Notes under the pieces: generated by a model
What the model was told of the DNA's origin: nothing
The model's database searches: none
What the model saw: the letters and a program-made list of their open reading frames with translations, nothing else
Program-made: the position numbers and the translations under genes
DNA from: an uncultured Spirochaetota bacterium
GTDB taxonomy: Bacteria; Spirochaetota; Spirochaetia; SZUA-6; Fen-1364
Direction: 5' to 3'
Length of the DNA: 64,000 nucleotides
NCBI GenBank assembly: GCA_963734545.1
Contig: CAVTHO010000005.1
Coordinates: 480,001-544,000, forward strand
Part shown: positions 28,551 through 38,371 of the stretch, piece after piece
Numbering within the stretch: the stretch's first letter is position 1
Layout of the letters: every line of letters starts with the position of its first letter

Positions 28551-29312
28551 ATGAGAAGAGCTGCCTTGAGACTTCTTTTTTCGATGCTCATTCTCGGCGT
28601 CACAACCGGGATTATCTGGGCGCAGTCTGCGAATACCATTCAGGTGAAGACCACTCCGGATGGGGTCAACTATCTGACTGACGCCGACGGCATGACCCTG
28701 TACTACTACACCCTGGACACCAACGGCCAGAGTGCGTGCTACGGAGGGTGTGCAAAGGCCTGGCCCATCTTCTACACGGAGACGATCTCCGTTCCCGATT
28801 CCCTGAATGCTTCGGATTTCGGCACCGTCACGCGCACGGACGGCACAAAGGAAACGACATACATGGGCTGGCCGCTGTACTACTGGGTGCAGGACAAGAA
28901 GCCCGGTGACATGTCCGGCGAGGGCGTCCACGACGTGTGGTACATCCTGAAGGTGCCGGCATACACGGTCATGATCGGCACGAACAAGGCGGTCGGCAAC
29001 TACCTCGTGGACGGCAATGGCGCCTCCCTGTACTACTTCACCAAGGACTCGGTGGGACAGAGCGCCTGCAGCGGAGACTGCATCAAGGCCTGGCCCGCTT
29101 TCACGGCGTCATCCATCGTGGTGCCTTCCGTGCTGAAGGCGGCAGATTTTTCCACGATCAAGCGGGCCGACGGGAGCATGCAGGTGGCCTACAAGGGCTG
29201 GCCGCTTTACTACTGGGTCAAGGACAAGCAGCGCGGGGACGTGACGGGCCAGAACGTCGGCAAGGTATGGTACGTCATCGATCCCGCGAAATTTCCCCCG
29301 AACAAAATGTAA
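28551..29312 (+). CDS. Secreted repeat protein (COG4315 / Lipoprotein_15-type, duplicated)
   Basis: Signal peptide; two copies of G.TLYY..D...SAC.G.C.KAWP...Y.GWPLYYWV.D...GD..G..V...WY; AAAGGAG SD. Confidence 0.85.
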   Translation: MRRAALRLLFSMLILGVTTGIIWAQSANTIQVKTTPDGVNYLTDADGMTLYYYTLDTNGQSACYGGCAKAWPIFYTETISVPDSLNASDFGTVTRTDGTKETTYMGWPLYYWVQDKKPGDMSGEGVHDVWYILKVPAYTVMIGTNKAVGNYLVDGNGASLYYFTKDSVGQSACSGDCIKAWPAFTASSIVVPSVLKAADFSTIKRADGSMQVAYKGWPLYYWVKDKQRGDVTGQNVGKVWYVIDPAKFPPNKM

Positions 29313-29345
29313 CAAGGGTTTCTACCGCATCCTCATTTTCCAAAC

Positions 29346-29380
29346 AGGGCGCCCTTCAGTCCGGGCGCCCTCCTTTTTTC
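29346..29380 (+). terminator. Rho-independent terminator
   Basis: AGGGCGCCC-loop-GGGCGCCCT followed by a T-run. Confidence 0.75.
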
Positions 29381-29433
29381 CTTATACAAGCCGGGAAAAG
29401 CGGTGTGCTGAAAACTTGCAGCCTGTTCCCAGT

Positions 29434-29572
29434 GTTCCAGTCAGCGTTCCAGCCGTGTTCCGACTTTGGAACAGTACGAAACGCTTCCCGGGCCAATCCT
29501 GAGGGGTTTGCGCTGCTTTTGCAGTAAATAGCGGGTATTCGCGAATCGTAAGCTCTTGGCACATCAATTGCA
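29434..29572 (+). promoter_or_regulatory. Sigma-54 promoter with upstream enhancer-like sites
   Basis: TGGCAC-ATCAA-TTGCA at 29557-29572 (-24/-12); TGTTCC-N6-GGAACA palindrome at 29456-29473 plus further GTTCC half-sites. Confidence 0.75.
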
Positions 29573-29619
29573 TGAATGGAATGGGAAGAACTGCGGCTCA
29601 ATCCAGGAAGGATGTGCAG

Positions 29620-31776
29620 ATGCAAAATCTCAAGCTGGCGGAGAAAATCGGCTTGGGTTTCGGGCTCGTGATTGCGATCGTGATCGCATTGGGGGCTGTC
29701 GCGATCCTCAACATGGTCGGCGTGCTCGGTGACGCGAAACGTATTGCCAACGAGACGGTTCCCCAGGTCGCGACATCGAACAACATCGAGCGCGACGCCC
29801 TGCTGACCATGTACAATATCCGCGGCTATACGCTCTCTCTCCAGCCGAAATATCTCGACCTTGCGAACATCTATCTGAAAAACGCCCGGCAGGACCTCGA
29901 GGATGCGACCGCTCTGGCAGCCCGGTATCCCCGCCTGGTCGTGCTGCGCAAGAACGTAAGCGAGGCCAAGGGAAAGCTGGAAGAGTACAGCAATCTGGCC
30001 GACCAGACGACCGCCGCCAATGCGGCACTGATCGATGCCCGGAAGGCTCACGAAGCGGCAGCCACGGCCTTCAACAATGCGTGCGCCGACTTCCTTCAGC
30101 TCGAGAACGAGGGTCTGGCGGCAGATGCGCAGAGACGGGCCGGCGGCGCCGCAATCGTCCAGAAAGCAGCTCGAATCAACGCGGTCCATGACGTTGTCGC
30201 CATGGGGAAGGACCTGCGGGCCGCAAGGTTCAGGTCCCAGGCGGAAAACAGCGCCGCAGTGATGCGGGACGGAATACAGATCTTCCAGCTCTATGACGTG
30301 AAGCTGAAAAGCATCGAAGAAACCGCGATGCAGACCGTGGAGAAGGAAAAGCTGCAGGCAGTACGGAAGGCCGCGACGGACTTCCTGGATTCCAGCAACG
30401 TCCTGCTCACCGGCACCTCCGCGCTGGAGGAGCTGAACAACAACCGGAACGATACCTCACAGGCCGTTCTGGAGACCGCGAAACAGTCATCGCAGGAAGG
30501 ACTGAAGGATGCAGCAGCCATCACCGCGGTCACCGTATCCCGCCTGGTCACCGCCGCGCTCATGCTCGTGATCGGCGTCGGAGCGGCGCTCCTCATCGGC
30601 ATTGCCGTGGCAATCGCAATTACCCGCGCAATCACCCGTCCCCTGTCAAAGGGTGTCGCATTCGCCCAGGTCGTGGCAGGGGGGGACCTCACGCAGCAGC
30701 TCGAGATCCGGCAGCATGACGAAGTGGGCGCTCTTGTGGAGTCCCTGAATATCATGGCGCAGAAGCTCAAGGCCATGCTGGGCTCCGTACAGGAGAGCGC
30801 CGCGCTGGTGGCGTCCTCCAGCGAGCAGATATCCACCAGCGCCCAGAAGCTGTCGGAAGGCGCGCAGAATCAGGCCTCGACTCTCGAAGAGACCAGTGCG
30901 TCCGTGGAAGAGCTGACATCCTCCATCGACCAGGTGAGCGCCCATGCGCAGTCGCAGTCCACGGCGGCAGAGGAGGGGGCGCGTTCGATGTCGGAAGTCA
31001 GGCAGTCCATCGAGGCGGTGTCCGCCAATCTCAGCGAGATCTCCGGGCTCGCGCGGACCTCCGTGGACAACGCCGTGGACGGGGCGAAGGCCGTCGACTC
31101 AGTCGTGCAGGGCATCAACATGATTGCCGAGAGCTCGGAGAAGATCAGCGGGATCGTGAATGTGATCTCCGACATCGCCGACCAGACCAACCTCCTGGCC
31201 CTCAACGCGGCCATCGAGGCGGCCCGGGCGGGCGAGCACGGCAGAGGCTTCGCGGTGGTGGCGGATGAGGTGAGCAAGCTCGCCGAGAGGAGCGCCTCCT
31301 CCACCAAGGAGATCGAGGGCCTCATCAAGGAGAGCGTGAAAAACGTGCAGGAAGGCGTGAAGACAGCCATGGGCTCGCAGCTTGCGATGGAGCAGATCCG
31401 CGCGGCTTCTCAGCGGGTGAATGAGATGATTTCCGGTGTTGCAGAGTCGATGGCCCAGCAGGTAGCGGCGATCCTTGCGCTTTCCCGGTCCCTGACCAGC
31501 GTCAGGGAAATGAGCATGAGCATTACCGCGGCCACGGAGGAGCAGTCGACGAACTCCCGGCAGGTTTCCAAGGCAGTTGAAAACGTGAACGAAATCACGC
31601 AGGCGGCGGCCAGTGCGTCCGAGGAAATGACAGCCTCCACCGTGCAGCTTTCCCTCATGGCACAGGAGCTGCAGAAGCTCGTCGGACAATTCAAGATAGC
31701 GCGGGAAGACGAAGAAAAGGGAGAACCGCTGGTTGGGGATTCATCGCCCGTTCTCGCCCTTGCCGCGGATGATTGA
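29620..31776 (+). CDS. Methyl-accepting chemotaxis protein (helical periplasmic sensor, HAMP, MA domain)
   Basis: Two TM segments, [43 protein letters not shown]. Confidence 0.96.
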   Translation: MQNLKLAEKIGLGFGLVIAIVIALGAVAILNMVGVLGDAKRIANETVPQVATSNNIERDALLTMYNIRGYTLSLQPKYLDLANIYLKNARQDLEDATALAARYPRLVVLRKNVSEAKGKLEEYSNLADQTTAANAALIDARKAHEAAATAFNNACADFLQLENEGLAADAQRRAGGAAIVQKAARINAVHDVVAMGKDLRAARFRSQAENSAAVMRDGIQIFQLYDVKLKSIEETAMQTVEKEKLQAVRKAATDFLDSSNVLLTGTSALEELNNNRNDTSQAVLETAKQSSQEGLKDAAAITAVTVSRLVTAALMLVIGVGAALLIGIAVAIAITRAITRPLSKGVAFAQVVAGGDLTQQLEIRQHDEVGALVESLNIMAQKLKAMLGSVQESAALVASSSEQISTSAQKLSEGAQNQASTLEETSASVEELTSSIDQVSAHAQSQSTAAEEGARSMSEVRQSIEAVSANLSEISGLARTSVDNAVDGAKAVDSVVQGINMIAESSEKISGIVNVISDIADQTNLLALNAAIEAARAGEHGRGFAVVADEVSKLAERSASSTKEIEGLIKESVKNVQEGVKTAMGSQLAMEQIRAASQRVNEMISGVAESMAQQVAAILALSRSLTSVREMSMSITAATEEQSTNSRQVSKAVENVNEITQAAASASEEMTASTVQLSLMAQELQKLVGQFKIAREDEEKGEPLVGDSSPVLALAADD

Positions 31777-31869
31777 GAATGCCGACGCGCACGTGACGTG
31801 AAGCCGACAGCATCCTGCAGGGCCCGGTGACGACGGCGTGTCCTCTTCCGGGTGCGCTCTCCCTCCTGC

Positions 31870-32418
31870 TCAGCTCGCGAGCTGCCGTTGCTCCTGTGTG
31901 CAGCGGCACTCGGAGCAGCGCTCTACCATGTTCCTGGAAGCGTTCTTCCTCTGCTCCGGCAGTTCCCTCACACGTATCTGACGCCATGCCTTTGCCCTCA
32001 TGATTTCCAGATAAAGCAGAGAGACGGGATCGCCCATGAGATACCACCCCCCCGGTCCTGAACAAACCGCAAGAGCCGGGTATGTCTCGAGGTCGCCCCT
32101 GCAAAAAGCGCGACGCCACGCCCCGGCAAGCCTGCGATGCAATGGAGGCAGGTGAGATACTTTCCTGCCCCTCGCGTCGATCATGCCGACAATCGCTTCA
32201 ATGGAAATCATGACGCCGTCTTTCGTGGGCGTGGCGCCCTCCACGGCATTGGACGGCCGGTGCCGGCCCAGAAAGACGCCGCGCAGCAAGCGTACAATCG
32301 CTCTGCGGCGCGCGCGGCGGAACTCCCTGTCCGCCTCGTACTGGCTGTACTCCACGGCCCACACTTCCTCGAGTGTTTCCCTCATGAGCTGCCAGCTGGA
32401 TTTTGAATCCTCACTCAT
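31870..32418 (-). CDS. Hypothetical protein, degenerate ParB/Srx-like (DUF4032-associated N-terminal type)
   Basis: AAGGAGG SD; EADREFRRARRRA...ISIEAIVG...W....YPAL....GWYL.GD resembles this family, but the DGHHR motif is absent. Confidence 0.6.
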   Translation of the reverse strand: MSEDSKSSWQLMRETLEEVWAVEYSQYEADREFRRARRRAIVRLLRGVFLGRHRPSNAVEGATPTKDGVMISIEAIVGMIDARGRKVSHLPPLHRRLAGAWRRAFCRGDLETYPALAVCSGPGGWYLMGDPVSLLYLEIMRAKAWRQIRVRELPEQRKNASRNMVERCSECRCTQEQRQLAS

Positions 32419-32436
32419 GCTATCCTCCTTCAGCAA

Positions 32437-32452
32437 TTGGCACCGGTTCCAA
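32437..32452. promoter_or_regulatory. LacI-type operator upstream of the 32418 gene
   Basis: TTGGCACCGGTTCCAA, matching the operators at 33484 and 33511. Confidence 0.6.
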
Positions 32453-32468
32453 TCCGATGCGAAAAAGA

Positions 32469-33476
32469 TCATGCAGAGGCACGCGCAACGAGCTCGACAG
32501 GGACAGTCGTTGTCGTGATGATTCCCTTCTCGAGATATGTCACAAGGTCGCGCGCGAGGAGCTTTCCTGCCAGAGGTATCTGCTGACTGATCGTTGTAAG
32601 GGCGGGCGTCACATAGGACGCGATCGAGAGGTCGTCATATCCCACGACTGCGACATCCTCAGGAATTCTCCGACCCGCGGCCTGGAGCGTCCGCATTGCG
32701 GCGATTGCCATCAGGTCGCTGTTGCAGAAGACCCCGTCTATCCCCTGGTCGCGTTTGATGAGCTCTTCCATGACCCGGGCGGCGGACCTTTCCGTGTAGT
32801 CGCCGTAAGCAACGAGAACCGGTTCGACGGCCCGGCCCGCGGCCTCGAGCGCCGCCGCGTAGCCGCTGTGACGCGCCCGCACCTCTCCTTCCGTCTGTGT
32901 TCCCCCGATGAACGCGATTCGTCTGCGTCCGAGCGAGAGAAGCCGTTCTGTTGCAAGCTTTCCGCCCAGAAAATCGTCGCCACACACGGAGCAGTAGCCG
33001 CCGCGGCCCGGACCCCAGGCGACAAAAGGGGCGCCTTTCTTGAGGAGGAGATCGATATGGTTCCTTTTCTTGGTCGACGTCATCAGGATGAAACCATCCA
33101 CTCGTCCGGTATCCATGAACTGCGCAACCCAGTCTTCGTCATTGGGATCGACATGGACCACAAGGAGACCGTAGCCCAGGTCGTGGAGGCCAACTGCAAT
33201 TCCGCCCATGATCTCCAGGCAGAAGGGGTCCGAGATCGCGCAGCCGGTTTTGCCGTAGGCGTGGTTGACAAAAGCGATTGTATGGCTGGAGCGGAGCGAA
33301 AGATTGCGGGCTGCTGCACTTGGCCTGAAATCATGCTCCAGGGCAATGGCCCGGATTCGCTCCTTGGTCTCAGCTCTGGCGAACGGGCTGTCATTGAGTG
33401 CCCTTGAGACTGTCGATTTCGAGACACCGGCAATCCTGGCGATATCCGAAATAGATCGCAATTTCTCTTTTGCCAT
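32469..33476 (-). CDS. LacI family transcriptional regulator
   Basis: SISDIARIAGVSKSTVSRALN HTH; FCNSDLMA, VVGYDD, PALTTI. Confidence 0.96.
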   Translation of the reverse strand: MAKEKLRSISDIARIAGVSKSTVSRALNDSPFARAETKERIRAIALEHDFRPSAAARNLSLRSSHTIAFVNHAYGKTGCAISDPFCLEIMGGIAVGLHDLGYGLLVVHVDPNDEDWVAQFMDTGRVDGFILMTSTKKRNHIDLLLKKGAPFVAWGPGRGGYCSVCGDDFLGGKLATERLLSLGRRRIAFIGGTQTEGEVRARHSGYAAALEAAGRAVEPVLVAYGDYTERSAARVMEELIKRDQGIDGVFCNSDLMAIAAMRTLQAAGRRIPEDVAVVGYDDLSIASYVTPALTTISQQIPLAGKLLARDLVTYLEKGIITTTTVPVELVARASA

Positions 33477-33483
33477 AGCGCCC

Positions 33484-33525
33484 TGCAACCGGTTCCAGAC
33501 TACGCCATTTTGGAACCGGTGTCAA
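33484..33525 (-). promoter_or_regulatory. LacI gene promoter overlapped by two operators
   Basis: Minus TTGACA-17-TAGTCT; TGCAACCGGTTCCA (33484-33497) and TGGAACCGGTGTCA (33511-33524). Confidence 0.75.
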
Positions 33526-33620
33526 GGATTTTCGGTCAACCGGGCTTCGTCCCCATCGATCCGCGCGCAAGCATGACGTGAATCCTTTCTCGTGTTACAC
33601 TGAGGGTGAGGGAGAGCGTC

Positions 33621-35162
33621 ATGGCCAAGGGCCGGATCATGGTCGTGGAAGACGAGGGGGTCGTCGCCCTTCAGATCAGGGAGTCGCTGCAGAGCCTCGG
33701 ATACGAGGTGCCCCTTGTCGCCCTGACCGGCGAAGAGGCCGTGGCCAGGCTGCTGGAAACCGAACCAGACCTCATCCTGATGGATATCCAGCTCAAGGGC
33801 GCGCTCAGCGGAATCGACACGGCGCAGCGCATCCGCAAGCGGCTCGACGTGCCTATCGTCTATCTCACCGCCTTCTCCGACGCGGAAACCCTCGTCCAGG
33901 CGCAGCTCACGGAACCTTACGGCTACATACTGAAACCTTTCGAAGAGAAGGGCCTGCACGCGATCATCCAGATGTCCCTTTTGAAGCACAGCCGCGCGCA
34001 CAGCTTTCGGGAGAGCGGGTGGTGGATGTCCGCGGTGGCCGCAAGCATGGTGGAAGCGGTGCTCATCTGCGATCCCAAAGGGTATGTCAAATTCGTTAAT
34101 CCCTCGACGGAAGTCCTGCTCGGCAGGCGCCAGCCGGACGTGCTCGAGAAAAGGCTCTCCGATCTCGTCCAGCTCATTGACGCGGAGACCCGGGCGCCTC
34201 TCCCCTTTCCGGTCACCGAGCCTCTTCTGGAGGGAAAGAGCACCATGCGCGGCAATTGCCGGCTGGTGACCGGAGAGGGCAGGGAGCTCCCGGTGGAGTT
34301 CAGCGCGTCGCCGCTCCGAAGCCCCGAGGGCACCCTCTTCGGGATACTCTTTGTGTTCCGCGAGACCGCCGAGCGCGAACGGATTCATGCGCTCGTGATG
34401 CATGAGATGGAGGAGCTAGCCCGGGTACAGAAGAAGTCGCTGCACGCGCGCGACACGCGCATTCCCGGCATTCGATATGACTCGCTCTCCCTGCCCACCT
34501 CGATGAGCGGCGGGGACGCGCTGGGCTGTTTCTCACTGGACGAGCAGCACGTGGCGTTCTACGCGCTGGACGTGATCGGCCAGGGAAACCTCTCGTCACT
34601 TTTTTCTCTGCTCCTGCAGACTCTTCTGACGCCCCACTTCGACAAGGGCGGGGTCCTTGTCGAGAAGAAATGGCCGGATCCCCGGCAGCGCGTTCTGAGT
34701 CCTTCCGAGGTGATCCAGGGGCTGAACAAGCGGTTTTTCATACAAGAGGACGCCCGACCGTACTTTACGATCGCCTACGGGGTGCTCGATCCGCGCACCG
34801 GAGCGGTCGGTCTGGTCCGGGCCGGTCATCCCTTCCCCCTGCTGCAAAAAGCCGGCGGTGCCGTGCATCTGCTGAAGCCTGAAGGATTCGCAGTCGGTCT
34901 CTTCGCGGGATCCGAGGTGGAGGCAGAGGAGCTGACCCTGCAGAAGGGGGACCGCCTGATCCTGTACTCCGACGGGCTGGTGGACTGCACGAACGCAAAG
35001 GGCGCCCGCTTCACCGAAACGCGGCTCATGGATCTCGTGAAGGCCGGCGCGCGTCTGCCGCTGACCGAGCTCGTGGAGTCGCTGCGCCAGCAGGTGGTGA
35101 CATGGCGAGGGTCGAGTCCCTTCTCCGACGACGTGTCCCTGCTCGCCCTGGAAAGGGAATGA
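33621..35162 (+). CDS. Response regulator REC-PAS-SpoIIE (PP2C phosphatase)
   Basis: VVEDE, LMDIQL, YILKPF receiver; PAS; SGGD, LDVIGQG, RAGHP, LYSDGL, FSDDVS. Confidence 0.92.
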   Translation: MAKGRIMVVEDEGVVALQIRESLQSLGYEVPLVALTGEEAVARLLETEPDLILMDIQLKGALSGIDTAQRIRKRLDVPIVYLTAFSDAETLVQAQLTEPYGYILKPFEEKGLHAIIQMSLLKHSRAHSFRESGWWMSAVAASMVEAVLICDPKGYVKFVNPSTEVLLGRRQPDVLEKRLSDLVQLIDAETRAPLPFPVTEPLLEGKSTMRGNCRLVTGEGRELPVEFSASPLRSPEGTLFGILFVFRETAERERIHALVMHEMEELARVQKKSLHARDTRIPGIRYDSLSLPTSMSGGDALGCFSLDEQHVAFYALDVIGQGNLSSLFSLLLQTLLTPHFDKGGVLVEKKWPDPRQRVLSPSEVIQGLNKRFFIQEDARPYFTIAYGVLDPRTGAVGLVRAGHPFPLLQKAGGAVHLLKPEGFAVGLFAGSEVEAEELTLQKGDRLILYSDGLVDCTNAKGARFTETRLMDLVKAGARLPLTELVESLRQQVVTWRGSSPFSDDVSLLALERE

Positions 35163-35171
35163 GACCGGATT

Positions 35172-37208
35172 TCAGCCCGACGGGAAGCTGATCGAAAAAG
35201 AGGCGCCGGGGCCTGGATTCATCGTGAGAGATCCCCTGAGCTGCTCCACGAGAATGTTCACGATGCGAAGACCCAGCGTGGCAGGATTGCGGATGTCGAT
35301 TTCCCGCGGAAAGCCGACCCCGTCATCCCTGATCGTGAGCAGTACTCTGCCTGCCTCCCCGCGATGCAATGAGACGGAGATTATGCCCTGCCTTCCGCCG
35401 GGGAAGGCGTACTTCAGGGAGTTCGAGAGGAGCTCGTTGATGATCAGGCCGCAGGGCACGGAGACGTCCATGCTCAAAGCCATTTCCTCCACGTCTGTTT
35501 TCAGCTCGACGGATCCCGAGTTGCCCGCATAGGAATGGCGAAGGTGCGCGGCCAGGTCACGGACATACCCGGCGAAGCTGATTCCCCGTTCATCCCCCGA
35601 GGGGTAGAGCTTCTCGTGGATGAGCGCCATGGATCTGACCCTGTCACGGCTCTCCGAAAGCAGGGCCCGGGTCTTTTCGTCGTCCGTCGATCCTGCCTGC
35701 AGCGCGAGGAGGCTGGAAATGACCTGCAGGTTGTTCTTTACCCTGTGATGGATTTCCTTCAGGAGCACCTCCTGGCCCCGGATCTCCTCCGCCTTCTTCT
35801 GGGCCGTCACATCGCGGACCAGGACAATAGCCTCGTTCTCCCCGCTCGCTACGAATCTCTCTTCGAAGTGCCGCCTTCCCCCCTCCGCTTCGACGTGATA
35901 CGACAGCACCTGCGGAATCCCCGTGTCGAGCGCGGCCTCCGTGGCGGCGATGGACCTGTCAAAGTACTCGGGGGAAATGAAGGAGTAGAGGGAAAGTATC
36001 TGCTCGGCGTCCTTGCCCACGAGATCCCCCGCGGTCTCCATGAGCGGAAGCTTGGCGGAAGAGCGCGCATCCAGGATCGTTCCGTCGCGCGTGACCCTGA
36101 ATATCACGTCCGGAACCGCATCGAGGAAGGCGACGTTCCTGCGTTCGCTGACGCGCAGCTCTTCAGTGGAGCGTTCCAGGGCATCCAGCATTCCGTTGAT
36201 CGCCGCCCCCAGATACGCGATCTGATCCTTGCCCTCTGCCGGGACGCGCCGGCCGGGGTCTCCGCCCGTACCGACGGCAAGCACCCCCCTGCTCAGGCGC
36301 AGGAGCCGTGAGAGGATTCTCGTCTCGATGAAGATCAGGACGACAGCCCCGAACACGACGACGATGACGAGCACCCACATATAGAAGTACTGCATTGTTC
36401 TTTCGGCCTGCATATGGATGTCCCGCGGCGCGGTCACGCGCAGCGCGACGATCGGCAGACCATCCACATCACGGATGGCCGTGTAGGCCGAGACCAGGTC
36501 TTCTCTTCTCCGGTCCAGGAAGGGCGGCGCACCGGGCGCGAGGGCGCGCACCGCGTCCGCCGTCTTCCGTTCGAGCCGCGGGCTGGCAAATGGCAGGACA
36601 TCGAGGGAGATGCGCAGCCGCACCGCCAACTCGGCCGCTTCCCGGTCATCGAGGAAACGCCCCATGAGCAGCGCTCCCCTCACCGGTCCCAGGCCGAGAC
36701 TGGTCCGGATGGGCCTCGAGACTGCCAGGAGGGGCCCTTCGGGAAGCGAAATGATGCCTTGCGCCGAACCATCAGTATCCGTGAAGCGCCAGAAGTCCGG
36801 GCGGGGCGCAAGCCACGAGACGAGCCCGCGCGGAACGTCCGCCAGCACGCGGCGTGAGGGCTCGAACGAGCGTCCGAAAACCATGCGCCCGTGCGTATCA
36901 ATGAAGAGCACGACGCTGAGCCGCAGATTCTGGAAGAACACCTCGTCGATGTTCTCCTCGATGTAGCGCGGGCTCCTGTCCGCGACGAACGCATACGTGT
37001 CGTCCCACATCGCCCAATCGTTTGCGGTCCTGCTGAGGGAAGACATCTCCTCGACAATGGCGTTGGTGACCCTCTCCACGTCCCGTTCGACGTACCGCCT
37101 CTCCAGGCGGGCAAAGCTGTCCGAAAGCAGACTGCGGGTAACGGCGACGATGATGATCATCATCACCAGCAGTGTCCCGCCGATCACGAGGAGGATGATT
37201 CTGCGCAT
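35172..37208 (-). CDS. Sensor histidine kinase CHASE4-HAMP-PAS-HisKA_2
   Basis: DWAMWDDTY CHASE4 motif; LKEIHHRVKNNLQVISSLL, NELLSNSLKYAF, DDGVGF, TLGLRIV. Confidence 0.93.
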   Translation of the reverse strand: MRRIILLVIGGTLLVMMIIIVAVTRSLLSDSFARLERRYVERDVERVTNAIVEEMSSLSRTANDWAMWDDTYAFVADRSPRYIEENIDEVFFQNLRLSVVLFIDTHGRMVFGRSFEPSRRVLADVPRGLVSWLAPRPDFWRFTDTDGSAQGIISLPEGPLLAVSRPIRTSLGLGPVRGALLMGRFLDDREAAELAVRLRISLDVLPFASPRLERKTADAVRALAPGAPPFLDRRREDLVSAYTAIRDVDGLPIVALRVTAPRDIHMQAERTMQYFYMWVLVIVVVFGAVVLIFIETRILSRLLRLSRGVLAVGTGGDPGRRVPAEGKDQIAYLGAAINGMLDALERSTEELRVSERRNVAFLDAVPDVIFRVTRDGTILDARSSAKLPLMETAGDLVGKDAEQILSLYSFISPEYFDRSIAATEAALDTGIPQVLSYHVEAEGGRRHFEERFVASGENEAIVLVRDVTAQKKAEEIRGQEVLLKEIHHRVKNNLQVISSLLALQAGSTDDEKTRALLSESRDRVRSMALIHEKLYPSGDERGISFAGYVRDLAAHLRHSYAGNSGSVELKTDVEEMALSMDVSVPCGLIINELLSNSLKYAFPGGRQGIISVSLHRGEAGRVLLTIRDDGVGFPREIDIRNPATLGLRIVNILVEQLRGSLTMNPGPGASFSISFPSG

Positions 37209-37452
37209 GGCGTGCCGATCAGCCTATACCCGACCATTGCAGCGGTCAAGCGTAGCCCTTCCGCGGTACCCCGCGGAGTTGGAGGGCGAGGTCGGCCGAG
37301 GCCAGGGGCTCCCGGCGCGCACGCGCGCCTGCCGCCCTACGGATGGCCGAAAGGCCGACCCGTAGCCAGGGAGTTCCCGGCCCCCCGCCGGTCGCCCCAT
37401 GGAGGGCCTTTTTCCCATTGGTCGCAGGCTGACTGCACGCTACATTAGAGTT

Positions 37453-38313
37453 GTGAAGTACAACAAGAAGCTCGCCCGGAAGGGCATCATCGTTCTGCTC
37501 GTCATCATTGCCTCAACCGTTGCCCAGGGTGCTCCGGCTGATCCGTCGCGCGTCCCGCAGCCTTCGCCGGGATTTCGATTTGCGCTCGATCCACTCGCTG
37601 ACGCGGCCTTGATCGGCGGAAGTCTCGCACTTTTCGGCGGGAGCCTCCTCCTGGAGCCGAGAAAACCGAAGCCGGACAGCGCGGCAGTGGACTCTTCGAC
37701 AATTCCCTTCTTCGATCGCATCTACCCATCGAATCCGTCGTCCACTCTGAGCAGCGTGGGCGATGGCCTTGCCATTGCCTCGGCCGCCCTGCCTGTCGTG
37801 CTTCTCTTCGGAAGAAGCGGAGATGAAATCCTCACGCTGGGTGTCATGTACATCGAGACTCTTGGGCTCGGGTATGGCCTCGATTCCCTGCTGAAATCGG
37901 TTGTCGTGCGCTATCGTCCTTACGCCTACTCCTCGTCGACGCCTGCGGACTTCTCGAACAGCGAGATCACCGCCTCCTTCCCTTCGAGCCACTCCACCCT
38001 CGCCTTTTCCGCAGCGGTGTTCACCGGATATATTTTTGGCGAGCTCAATCCCGATTCGAATATGAAGGCATGGGTCTGGACGGCAGGGCTCGGCGTTGCG
38101 ACTGTCGTGTCGGTCCTCCGTGTTGCGTCGGGCGATCATTTTGCGAGTGACGTGGTGGCGGGCGGCGCTATCGGGGCGGCGAGCGGGTTCCTGGTCCCGT
38201 TTCTCCACGAACGATTGCACGCGGCAAAGACGCAATCGAATGCGGCAGTATCGAGCGTCGCGCTCGAGCCGACCGCGGGCGGGATCTCCTTGAGGCTGAG
38301 TCTCCGGCCCTGA
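37453..38313 (+). CDS. PAP2 family phosphatase
   Basis: KSVVVRYRP, SFPSSH, RVASGDHFASDV motifs. Confidence 0.9.
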   Translation: MKYNKKLARKGIIVLLVIIASTVAQGAPADPSRVPQPSPGFRFALDPLADAALIGGSLALFGGSLLLEPRKPKPDSAAVDSSTIPFFDRIYPSNPSSTLSSVGDGLAIASAALPVVLLFGRSGDEILTLGVMYIETLGLGYGLDSLLKSVVVRYRPYAYSSSTPADFSNSEITASFPSSHSTLAFSAAVFTGYIFGELNPDSNMKAWVWTAGLGVATVVSVLRVASGDHFASDVVAGGAIGAASGFLVPFLHERLHAAKTQSNAAVSSVALEPTAGGISLRLSLRP

Positions 38314-38346
38314 CGCGGGGTGGGAAGCCCTGAAAAGCCGGCGTAA

Positions 38347-38367
38347 AATGCCACGGGGTACCGTGGC
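38347..38367 (+). repeat. Single REP-like unit between convergent PAP2 and glgX
   Basis: AATGCCACGG-GGTA-CCGTGGC; related single units at 37261-37280 (minus) and 41213-41233. Confidence 0.65.
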
Positions 38368-38371
38368 CGGG

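Noticed and set aside
32438-32453. TGGCAC as a sigma-54 promoter
   Set aside because: No TTGC at -12; the sequence fits the LacI operator palindrome instead
37280-37400. Riboswitch (e.g. c-di-GMP) in the kinase/PAP2 intergenic region
   Set aside because: Only a GAAA-capped hairpin is visible, other consensus elements are missing, and it lies upstream of both predicted promoters
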